A stretch of DNA of 62,142 nucleotides, counting the filler, from Asterionella formosa (lineage: Eukaryota): the NCBI GenBank assembly GCA_002256025.1. It is 18 parts of 18 records of this genome, joined end to end, with 100 filler letters (N's around TTAATTAATTAA, not from the genome) between each part and the next. Parts side by side here need not be neighbours in the genome. Positions count along the whole stretch, not along the records: positions 45,001 to 48,353 come from NKIB01014215.1; positions 48,454 to 51,802 come from NKIB01014217.1; positions 51,903 to 55,250 come from NKIB01014218.1; positions 55,351 to 58,697 come from NKIB01014219.1; 14 more parts are not named here. One strand, 5' to 3'. How positions within the stretch are numbered: position 1 is the stretch's first letter; every line of letters starts with the position of its first letter. The notes beneath the pieces are model-generated. The model saw only the letters and a program-made list of their open reading frames with translations. It ran no database searches and had not been told where the DNA came from. Made by a program: the position numbers and the translations under genes. Positions 45,821 through 55,586 of the stretch are shown here, piece after piece.

Positions 45821-47327
45821 TTAGTTGATATTATTTAAATACAGAATCAAACAACAAATTTGATTCGACCTATAGATTACCGTGATGTAGAGTGTTGCAC
45901 ACTGTGAAAGTGTCAAATCTGCTCATATCACCATTCTTCTGAATTGCGCATCTATAAATTACATGAAAAGATGTTCTGTCAGCAACTTCCCTTTTCGTTG
46001 TCCAAATTAGTGTTATTAACAAAATTATTTTACGATTGCATTGTCTAGCTATGTCATGCTTAGTATATGTACCAAATAGCAAAGCATCGCTCGCTCTCAT
46101 TTTTCATGGAGATATTTGTTATTTTCGTCATGGTCAAGGCTTAGACGACATGATGATGCAGTATTCTCCAGTTTACTGTAGTGTTTTATACTTAAAAACA
46201 AATTGCAGCCTCTATACTAAATAATGATATACTAGCGTCGACAAGGGCTACTTTGGGCACCCTGAGCATATCATTTATCCCAGTCACAGTAAGTGATGTT
46301 TGATTTGTATCATGATATTGCAAATATAGCTGTACTAGGCAGGTACTACGACCCCTCCCCCCCTGTAGGCTGCCTGTTGCATCAGGCGTGATAATGACCG
46401 TGGCTGACCATTATTTATATAGTTATGATACATGTGTTCGTAGTTTTGGCAGGGCTAGCAGGAGGTTGTGGTTGTGTCTGTTCTTGCATATACTTCATAG
46501 GCATAAAGGTCATTCAGAAAATCTATTCATATTTGCAAGTTCTAATCTTTGACAGCGAATTCTAGTAATAATGAGCAATTTCTAGTAGTTCTAGTCAGGA
46601 AATTTTAGTCATTGTCAGGAAATCCTAGCCATTGTCAGCAGGTTCTAATTGTAGAAAAAGAAATTCCTATTTGTACTCCAAAGCTAATAGGCAGATGGTT
46701 TACTGAACTGGTTCATCAATTACCGGTAGCATATCTGAGTCATGTTCAGAGACTTATTCTGCAAATCATCATTGGTCAATACACAAGAAGAGTCACATTT
46801 TTCTAAATTACTTAAGGATTATTATTTCCATCAAAAGCTGGCCTATCTCGTCTGGCAGGATTGGGACACCATTATATGTAGTACCGGTAGTGAGTCGAAA
46901 TTGAAAAGGTGCGCATAAAACGTGCGCTGCCTGACCCTTCATTACGGTCTACACTGTACTACCCGGTATGTATCAGTTTACTGGCAATATATGGTAGCAC
47001 ACCGGTATCGTAGACTCACCGAATTTACCAGGTACTGATCCCTACATAGCACACACCTACCGTATTGTTTTTCTGCATGTACGGTACCTGGTACCTGGTA
47101 CCAGGTGAAGTATCTAACTAGAAGTAGTAGTATTTGTTGAATATATGAGCTTATTAATTAATCCTTATGTATAACTCATTTCCTGAACTGACATCAAAAG
47201 TATAGAATGGGTGTTAGTCGAGTTCTCTCATTATTGAATTCCGATATATTTGACATAACCCCAACTCTATATATATCTGTATCGATGTGCAGGATTGCTC
47301 ACTCTCCCACACTTGAGGGAAAACCTT

Positions 47328-48353
47328 TTACCTATGAAAAGGTTTGATACGACGAATATTAATTCGTTCGGTAATATGCATAGTGCGTTGAAAAGTAACT
47401 GTACCATTGGCATGTACTTGAATAATAGTATAAGGACCTCGTCCACGATCATCCAAAGTAGTAGGATTATCCAATAATATTAAAATCTCGTCACCCACTT
47501 TGTAATCATAAGATCGACGACGGAAATTTGCACGACGTAAACGTTCGTCAATTATCACCTGTCGACGTTGATGTATTAATTGTAAATCTGTAATCAAAGG
47601 AATATTTAATATCATATCACGTTGGAAAACCCATGCTCCTGGTGAAATACGTAATATACTATGAATAGTAGCTCGAGCTGCATATGACGCAGCTGCAAAA
47701 CATGTATCCACAATATTTTGGGCTTGAAATTCATTGATTGGAGGATGAGCCTTTAACATAACTCGTAGACTATTGCTGATAGATTGATGGAAACGTTCAC
47801 AGATAGCATTTGCTTGTGGATTCTTTACTGTGGTAGTCACATCTTTGATTCCATTCAATACTAACATGTGTAAGAAAGGAGCACCAGTAAATTCACCTCC
47901 ATTGTCATGTATACAACGTTCTGGACGGGGATATCTGGCTAACCAATCATTTTCAAATTTCATTGCAATATATTCTGATGTTTTATTGATGATACGTGAA
48001 ATTTCTGCTAAATTGGTGACTGTGTCAATACAAGTTAGAGCACGAAATTCAATCGTTTGAGCAGCCACTGTTATCTTCCATGGACCAATTAGATCTACTG
48101 CGACTTCTGACCATGGTAATAATAATGCATTCCTGGGTGGAAGTTCACCAAAACCAGTACCAGGTAATTTTGTACGTTGACATGCTTCACATACTCTTAC
48201 AATATGTTCCACTCTTGTTTTTAATATAGGGTGATAAAAATGTGTAGCAATTGTAGCATTTAATCTTGTCATACCCACATGAGCTAACATCTGATGATAC
48301 CAATTAATAATAGGATCCAATAATGATGTAGGAATAGCAATACGCCAAGTATC
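47328..48353 (-). mobile_element. Ty3/Gypsy integrase (pol C-terminus), 5'-truncated
   Basis: HHCC (WYHQMLAHVG...CEACQ), DDE (VDLIGP, HDNGGEF, QANAICER) and GPY motif. PPT-like GGGAGAG followed by TG at 47301. Confidence 0.93.
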
Positions 48354-48730
48354 NNNNNNNNNNNNNNNNNNNNNNNNNNNNNNNNNNNNNNNNNNNNTTA
48401 ATTAATTAANNNNNNNNNNNNNNNNNNNNNNNNNNNNNNNNNNNNNNNNNNNNAGAAGAGAAATGTACATGCGGTTAACATCCTACAACATCAAGAAAAA
48501 GGACGCAGCGCAGCACGAAGAATGATTGGTGGTGGTTTTGACAGTGGCGGACGAAGGTTAGGTGATGAGTACCTACCGGTAGTATGAAAGCTCAACATGA
48601 TACCCCCGGTACATAAAACTATCGTATATAAACTTTTTACATACACAACAGAGTGAAAATATGTTATTTCCACATTCCGATACTTAGCGGTAGTCCCCTT
48701 GTATGCTACTTTGGTACATTCAGTTTTTCA

Positions 48731-50678
48731 GCAATTCCCGCTCCAGGTACTATCGTCTTGCCATTCGGGTACTTCTAAGTAATTTTTAGGCTCTTGGTAA
48801 TTTCTTAAGTAATTTTTATTTATGGGCAATAAGGGGCACATCGAATTTTTCGGTATAAAAAATTGCCGATTTTAGCGTGACAACCAGAATAACGGTAATA
48901 TGCATAGAGATGGTACAACAAGCGTAAAACACACAAGAATGATTGTAACGTGCAACATCAATGAAAGTTGAACATGATGTTTGGAGAAACCAAAGTATGA
49001 AATGCGATGTAATAAGTTGCATCAAATGAGAAATAGAAAAAATTGTTTTGGGTTAGAAATGAAATAAAAAATAAGAGTTCCAATGGAGACGTATGCATTG
49101 TGAATCATTGTAGTACTTACACAGGCAACATTGACTTTCCATTGCCATACAATCGAAGACCAAAAGAAGAAGAAAAAAAGCTGAACCAAATTTAGACCTG
49201 CATCGTTATGTAGCGTTAATGGTCTGGTTGCTGCAACCATGCGCATCACTGTAGTAGCCTGACACCAGTAGCAGTATTTCCGCCACAGTCATTCCTCTCT
49301 GCCCACCAAACAGGCAACCCTGATCATTCCATTCTGAGCAAGCATGATCGCCACGCTGCTCCAGAACTATTGACTCTCTCTAGCTGAGTATTCGTCATGT
49401 AGCTTCTGATACGAACTTGTAGTAGAATTTTAGCAAAGCGCGTTAGTACAAGAAAAGCATTGCTTGGCGGCAATATTGACCTCATTGTCAATGACTATAC
49501 ATATCAACAAATACAATCAACAACGGCACAATACCACCACATCTTCAATGAGTAGTCATTGATAAATGCATTGGTTCTTATGTAGATATGTACAATCGAA
49601 ACAAAACGACAGTGTATAACGACAAACAACGATGGAAGCGATCAAAACAAACCATGGAAGCAATCAAATCGGAAAGTCGATAAATACAATCTACAATCCA
49701 CATTCAGTGTTTCACTGTTGTACTTACCGATCCGCTTCAACTAGCATAATAAGCAGCAGACTATGGGATCAAAGAAATACGAACGTTGCCTATTGCAAGC
49801 CCGAATAGAGCAAAGGCAGGCAAGATAGAGTGAGAACTATATTTGTGAGGACGAAATCGGGCATATGGTACTTGAAATCAATGAATATGTGAACAATATA
49901 ATTCAACATTTCAGGTCTCGTAAAAATAATACCGAGTCTACAGAGATAATATTATAACGTATTCAAAGTAAGCGTTAAAGCATAGCTTAAACCATGCATG
50001 GTTGTTTTTAGTACCACGTACGTATGTAGACTAGATGACTGCCGATACCGGTAGAATATCCGTTAAGCAACATTACATACATGACCGGAGCAAAACCTTG
50101 CCACCAACATCAGATGCATCGATATCATCGTTTATCCGACGAAATATGGACGATGCGACTACATGAATGCCTTGAGAAGACAAGCAATCTAACAACCAAC
50201 CGCATCCGTTAGACAACGAGTCGCTTCTGGTGTCAACGCGGAACTGATTTTGCTTCAAACCGGTCATGATGGACGATGATTGGCATGGTGAAAGGTGAAT
50301 TGCCGGAGTCCACTTTTCAGGAGACGAACAAAAACGAGGTGAATTCTAGATATAAATTATAAATTATCAAAATCTGTAGAGTATATAAGATGGTTTCCTT
50401 AAGTAGACCCCTTGCCGATTTTGGCTATTCCAGGGCTGGAAAACCGAGGGGCAATCGCCGTCTGTTGTCTTGCCAAAATGCGAACATATGAAATATACAA
50501 AATATATTTTAATGATGGGCAATATCGGACCCATTGCAATTTTCGAGGTGAAGATAGGAAATATATGAAATATATTTTAAATGATGGGCAATAATAGTAA
50601 GCAAAAAATCACATTTATGCTTTATTTGTGGGCAGTAGGTAAGCGAATGACGCGACGATAGCTAGAGCGGGAATTGCC
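48731..50678 (+). mobile_element. Complete non-autonomous TIR element (about 1.95 kb), PIF/Harbinger-like
   Basis: Left end GCAATTCCCGCTCCAG..CTATCGTC; right end GACGATAGCTAGAGCGGGAATTGCC. TCA on both flanks (48728-48730, 50679-50681). Confidence 0.8.
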
Positions 50679-50871
50679 TCAACAATACCCTTCTTGGCGG
50701 CTACTTGCCTTCTCGTATAAATGTGTACTTGACTGGGATGGCACTCGTAGGGTGACCTTCTTGCAGCAATGGGGGCGCCACTCGTACTGTCAACCTACTC
50801 GTGCCACCCAGCCTTGAACACATCATGTATACTTACAGGCAAGAGACCACCTCGGGCGTGTATTGCCTTCA

Positions 50872-51802
50872 GGAATTCCCGCTCCAGCAGGTACTATCGT
50901 CTGGCCATTCAGGTACTTCTAAGTAATTTTTAGGCTCTTTGTAATTTCTTAAGTAATTTTTATTCAGTGGCAATATGGGGCACATCGAATTTTTTGGTAT
51001 TAAAATTGCCGATTTTAGCATGACAACCAGAATGATGGTAATATGCATGGAGATGGTACAACAAGCGTAAAACACACAAGAATGATTGTAACGTGCAACA
51101 TCAATGAAAGTTGAACATGATGTTTGGAGAAACCAAAGTATGAAATGCGATGTAATAAGTTGTGTCAAATAAGAAATTGAAAAAATTGTTTTGGGTTAGA
51201 AATGAAATAAAAAAATAAGAGTTCCAATGGAGACGTAGCTATGCATTGTGAATCATTGTAGTACTTACACAGGCAACATCATTACCACACAATCGAAGAC
51301 TGAAAGAAGAAGAAAAAAAGCTGAACCAAATTTAGACCTGCATCGTTATGTAGCGTTAATGGTCTGGTTGCTGCAACCATGCACATCGCTGTAGTAGCCT
51401 GACACCAGTAGCAGTATTTCCGCCACAGTCATTCCTCTCTGCCCACCAAACAGGCAACCCTGATCATTCCATTCTGAGCAAGCATGATCGCCACGCTGCT
51501 CCAGCACTATTGACTCTCTCTAGCTGAGTATTTGTCATGTAGCTTCTGATACGAACTTGTAGTAGAATTGTAGCAAAGCGCGTTAGTACAAGAAAAGCAT
51601 TGCTTGGCGGCAATATTGACCTCATTGTCAATGACTATACATATCAACAAATACAATCAACAACGGCACAATACCACCACATCTTCAATGAGTAGTCATT
51701 GATAAATGCATTGGTTCTTATGTAGATAGATACAATCAAAACAAAACGACAGTGTGGAACGACAAACGACGATGGAAGCGATCAAAACGGACCATGGAAG
51801 CA
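50872..51802 (+). mobile_element. Second, tandem copy of the GCAATTCCCGC-TIR element (truncated by contig end)
   Basis: Colinear with about 48731-49660; preceded by TCA. Confidence 0.85.
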
Positions 51803-51902
51803 NNNNNNNNNNNNNNNNNNNNNNNNNNNNNNNNNNNNNNNNNNNNTTAATTAATTAANNNNNNNNNNNNNNNNNNNNNNNNNNNNNNNNNNNNNNNNNN
51901 NN

Positions 51903-52524
51903 AGATGATGTCGGCAAGATGGTTTGTCGCGCGATTTTGTGTGATATCTTTGCGCTCCTGAAAGAAGCGAATGTCTTGGATGCGTAGCAGTTTGGTGCGT
52001 CGTTCACCGTGGATGGTCAAGTATTCACATGAGCGCATCGCGAAGAAAAATGCTAAGATAATGAGTGGGCCCATGCAAGTGTCGACCGGTGTTGCGTGTT
52101 GAAAGTATAATTTTAAAATAAATTCGATTGTTAATGCTCGTTGATGTTTAACGGCTGGATCGGTATGTCGATAAGCGGAGAACTGGAGGCGTAGAATTCG
52201 GTGAGTCTTGCCGTGTATGTTTGTTGCGGGGTCAGGTCTGTCGTTCTCCACAAAGGTCGCCGATAGAGATGCGATGGTGTCCCGGACTGTCGCTGATGCC
52301 AGAGGAGTGTCTCGATGTGTACTGAACTCGGCCTGCCGGACGGCATGCGCGAATGCTCCGATGAGTCGAATGCGTTGTTCTGGTGAGAGGTTGGCGAGGA
52401 ATGGATCGGTGACATCACAAAATCCAATGGACGCAAGGAATTCGGTCCAGATTCGGAAGACGCGATTGAGCTTCGCCGTGGTGTTAGCTTGAAGTCCTTG
52501 GGAGCGCGCCCGATCTGCATCCAT
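51903..52524 (-). CDS. Tyrosine recombinase of a YR retrotransposon (3'-truncated)
   Basis: TIASLSATFVENDRPDP, DPAVKHQRAL, ILAFFFAMRSCEY (first catalytic Arg). Overlaps the last 394 nt of pol in another frame, as in DIRS/Ngaro elements. Confidence 0.88.
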
Positions 52525-54830
52525 AAGGTAAGCTTGGAGGCGATGTCGGTGGGGAGCGGCGAGATGGAGAAATTCGGGGGCATCTGGTGGGTGGCCGAGT
52601 GATGGATGAGGTGTGTTAGTTGTGCATTTGATAGATGATGGTCACGAGAGAGGGCATCGGCTATCACGTTGTCATCTCCTGGGATCCATTGGCTGTAGCT
52701 ACACGCCTGGGTTTGCTCGAGGATCGCGGCTAGCCAGCGAGAGATTGCTAAATGGGTCGATTTTTCTTGACCTTGAAACCGTGCGCCACCGCGGTGAAGC
52801 CAATAATCCGCCGTCGAGCTGTCCAGTTGGGAGAGAATGCAGTCGTCGGGTCTGATGTTACCGACTGCGGCTTCAGTTGCAATGGTGGTGATGGATGCAA
52901 GGTACTCCAGTAGGTTCAGCGACAGATGTCCCCGACATTCTGTTGGAATTTCGAATCGCCAGGCTCGGCCCGATGTGAGCGAGAACCCTCCGATTCCGTG
53001 TTGGCAGGCGTCGGCACGCAGGAGGATGGTGGGAACACGTAGTGTTAGTCGGTTTAGGCTGATTCCTTGGCTTGCGGTACGTAAGAAGGTGAGCCATTGC
53101 CGCAATTCTTCCTTTTGTAATTCCGATAATGGAATTCTTTTTCCGCTGACCCTTGCTCGCCGTTCGGCACGTCGGAGATGGCATAGAAAGGCACGAGCGG
53201 TTGGGATCACATACGAGGCATGGTTCAGTCGACCGATCGTGGTCGCTAATACTTCACAATCAACCGTGGGCAACTGTAGTATGCGGTCAATTTCCGCATT
53301 CCAGGACGTGAGTTTATCGTGGGGGAGGCGTAGTCGAAGGGTGCGTGTGTTCACCTCCCATCCTAAGATTATCTTGGATTCTTCTGGGGAGCCTTCTGCT
53401 GTCATTTTTTCGAACGCGAGTAGATCTTCACGTTGTAGGGGTTCGGATTCAGCTATAGGTCTGCCCAACAGATGTAGCATAAGCAGTGTAATTCGTGAAC
53501 CTTTCCATATAGCTGTCGGATTATCCAAGAAACACGTAAATAGATCGTCTAGATAACATTCAGTAAACGGTGCTAGGTCAGCGTCGATCGCTACTGTCGT
53601 GGGTTGTGCTGGTTCACAAGTTGACCTAGTGTTGAGGTACTTTGGCATGGTGACGTATTTTTGTTGGTGCGGGGATTCCAGTGTGGGCGTGGACTCCGAG
53701 TTCCATCGGTCGCAACGTGATAACAAATTGCACGTGTCGCATGCTAGTTCAGAGACATCGCTCCACATGCTTGGGTTTGGTGCCCCCCCGAAAGTCATCC
53801 GTAAAGCGAGAAGCGCTATGTCATCGATAATGACTACGGCCTGTGACGCTGTGAGACTCGATGTATGTAGGCGGCGATACGCGGCTTTAAAATCTAATTT
53901 AGTCATTAGAATTCGAGTGTCCGGATAGATTCTTCTTAGATCCACTATGTAGTGAATAAATCGTCTCAGTGCGGTGCCGTATCTACACGGTGTCAGCGAG
54001 TCAAATATGACACGTGCATTGACTGAAGTCCCTGGGGAGAACTCGAATGATTGGTCGTGGGTCAGCCGGTCTTTGGGTATTATTTCCCCGTGTGCGTTGA
54101 TCGTGGCTTGCGTCACTAGACCTATCGGCGCTACAACAGCGTGTGGTAGTAGGCGGATATTTTCCGGTGGGAGTGGGAGTTGCCAGCCTCTGTCGACTTC
54201 TTTGATTAGAAGTTTCGTAACTATTTCATGTTTAAGTTTCGCCGATGTGTGGTTGCCTCGCGCGACGGCGAGCTCCAAGTCGTGTAGCCTCTGCTCGTCC
54301 GGTAGAGGTTTGAGCGGGAATTCTACACCAGTCGTGATGAGAGTGACGAAACGTCCCCACAGCGGATGGTAGGATAGTAGAGGACGCAGTAGGTGTAATG
54401 CTCGGAATTCCGAACCTATACTGAGCGGGGAGTTGGCCTGGCTCGCAATTGCCTTGGTAATGTCTAGGTTGAACTGTACTAGTATCGCCCAGTTGTGGTT
54501 TGCCGCCTCCGTACTCCATTCGAAACGAAATGTCGGTGTGTTCATATGCGGTGATGGAGTATCTAGAATGCAATTGATGTGTCGGAGCAACTCGTTTTCC
54601 AAAGTATGGCGTGATGTGTGTTGTTCGATGGTGGGGCTGGCGGGGAGTGGGGCTATTCGTGCAAATTGCCGCGGAGTGTCGTGGTGGCGGTCGGGCGAGT
54701 TTGTGTCTGTGCTGTCTGGTACGCAAACATCTGTAGCTAGTATTGTGTCGTGATCTGTACAGTCGGAATCGCTACCACCGGTATGGTAGCTTGACTTACC
54801 AAGGATAGTTTCATTGTTAGGTTGTGGCAT
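52131..54830 (-). CDS. RT-RNase H of a DIRS/Ngaro-type retrotransposon (frame open upstream to 55160)
   Basis: RLTHDQS, KLDFKAAYRRL, MTFGGAPNP, YLDD, ILGW; RNase H ADAC..GIGG, NLLEYLAS, DSSTA, DNVIADALSR. No methyltransferase domain is visible. Confidence 0.92.
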   Translation of the reverse strand: MPQPNNETILGKSSYHTGGSDSDCTDHDTILATDVCVPDSTDTNSPDRHHDTPRQFARIAPLPASPTIEQHTSRHTLENELLRHINCILDTPSPHMNTPTFRFEWSTEAANHNWAILVQFNLDITKAIASQANSPLSIGSEFRALHLLRPLLSYHPLWGRFVTLITTGVEFPLKPLPDEQRLHDLELAVARGNHTSAKLKHEIVTKLLIKEVDRGWQLPLPPENIRLLPHAVVAPIGLVTQATINAHGEIIPKDRLTHDQSFEFSPGTSVNARVIFDSLTPCRYGTALRRFIHYIVDLRRIYPDTRILMTKLDFKAAYRRLHTSSLTASQAVVIIDDIALLALRMTFGGAPNPSMWSDVSELACDTCNLLSRCDRWNSESTPTLESPHQQKYVTMPKYLNTRSTCEPAQPTTVAIDADLAPFTECYLDDLFTCFLDNPTAIWKGSRITLLMLHLLGRPIAESEPLQREDLLAFEKMTAEGSPEESKIILGWEVNTRTLRLRLPHDKLTSWNAEIDRILQLPTVDCEVLATTIGRLNHASYVIPTARAFLCHLRRAERRARVSGKRIPLSELQKEELRQWLTFLRTASQGISLNRLTLRVPTILLRADACQHGIGGFSLTSGRAWRFEIPTECRGHLSLNLLEYLASITTIATEAAVGNIRPDDCILSQLDSSTADYWLHRGGARFQGQEKSTHLAISRWLAAILEQTQACSYSQWIPGDDNVIADALSRDHHLSNAQLTHLIHHSATHQMPPNFSISPLPTDIASKLTLWMQIGRAPKDFKLTPRRSSIASSESGPNSLRPLDFVMSPIHSSPTSHQNNAFDSSEHSRMPSGRPSSVHIETLLWHQRQSGTPSHLYRRPLWRTTDLTPQQTYTARLTEFYASSSPLIDIPIQPLNINEH

Positions 54831-55160
54831 CCGTGTGCTGGAGTGTAGCAGATGTGTGGGTCGTGCCAGGTACGGTGGTGGGTGCGGTAGTGGTGATATC
54901 GGTAGTGGCGGTAAGGCCGTTATCCTGATACAACGTGCTGAGTCCGTATTCTGATCTCGTATACGTGCGAAAAACTTCGTGCGTGATGTGGTTAATAATT
55001 TTGAGATATCGGATGGACGAATCTTTCCCGACTCGGTGATGGTAAGTTTTGGAATTGTCGTCGTCTCGATCTTGTGCGCTACTATTGACGATGAACCGCG
55101 ATAGACTGTTAAATGCCTCGTTACTGAATGCGTTACAGGGACTACCCGGGTGTGCCCTAG

Positions 55161-55250
55161 TCAATTTGATGTGTTCGAACTGCGTGGTGTGGTCGATGTC
55201 ACATCGCGAATGGCCTCGGTGAAAAATGTTGCAAATGCTTTTTTGTTGTC
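55161..55250 (-). CDS. Putative gag/ORF1 C-terminus of the YR retrotransposon
   Basis: DNKKAFATFFTEAIRDVTSTTPRSSNTSN* is in the same frame as pol. The stop TGA is at 55163-55161. Confidence 0.55.
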   Translation of the reverse strand, partial: DNKKAFATFFTEAIRDVTSTTPRSSNTSN

Positions 55251-55350
55251 NNNNNNNNNNNNNNNNNNNNNNNNNNNNNNNNNNNNNNNNNNNNTTAATT
55301 AATTAANNNNNNNNNNNNNNNNNNNNNNNNNNNNNNNNNNNNNNNNNNNN

Positions 55351-55586
55351 TTGTAGCGGAGCAGCATAATTTCGCTTTTATAATGTCGCAATGGCTAGTT
55401 GGTCAACATATATTGTCACGAACACACAAAATTATTGGTGTGATCACATAATTATTCGATAAGTGAAATAAATTTTTGTTTAACCCGAATAAATTAGGGA
55501 AAAAGTAACATAATATTTTTTAAGTAGCATAAATACGTCACTTTAGACATAAATTCGAAAAAGTGCCATAAACAGCGTCTTAGATG
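55351..55586 (-). mobile_element. CATCTAAG-terminus element inserted into a Copia RT
   Basis: Highly similar to 38089-38311; ends GCGTCTTAGATG. Confidence 0.8.

Noticed and set aside
52613..54753. Numerous plus-strand ORFs opposite pol (likewise opposite CstF-77, the cyclin and the Copia at 5479-6844)
   Set aside because: They are antisense shadows of GC-richer coding sequence with no recognisable motifs.
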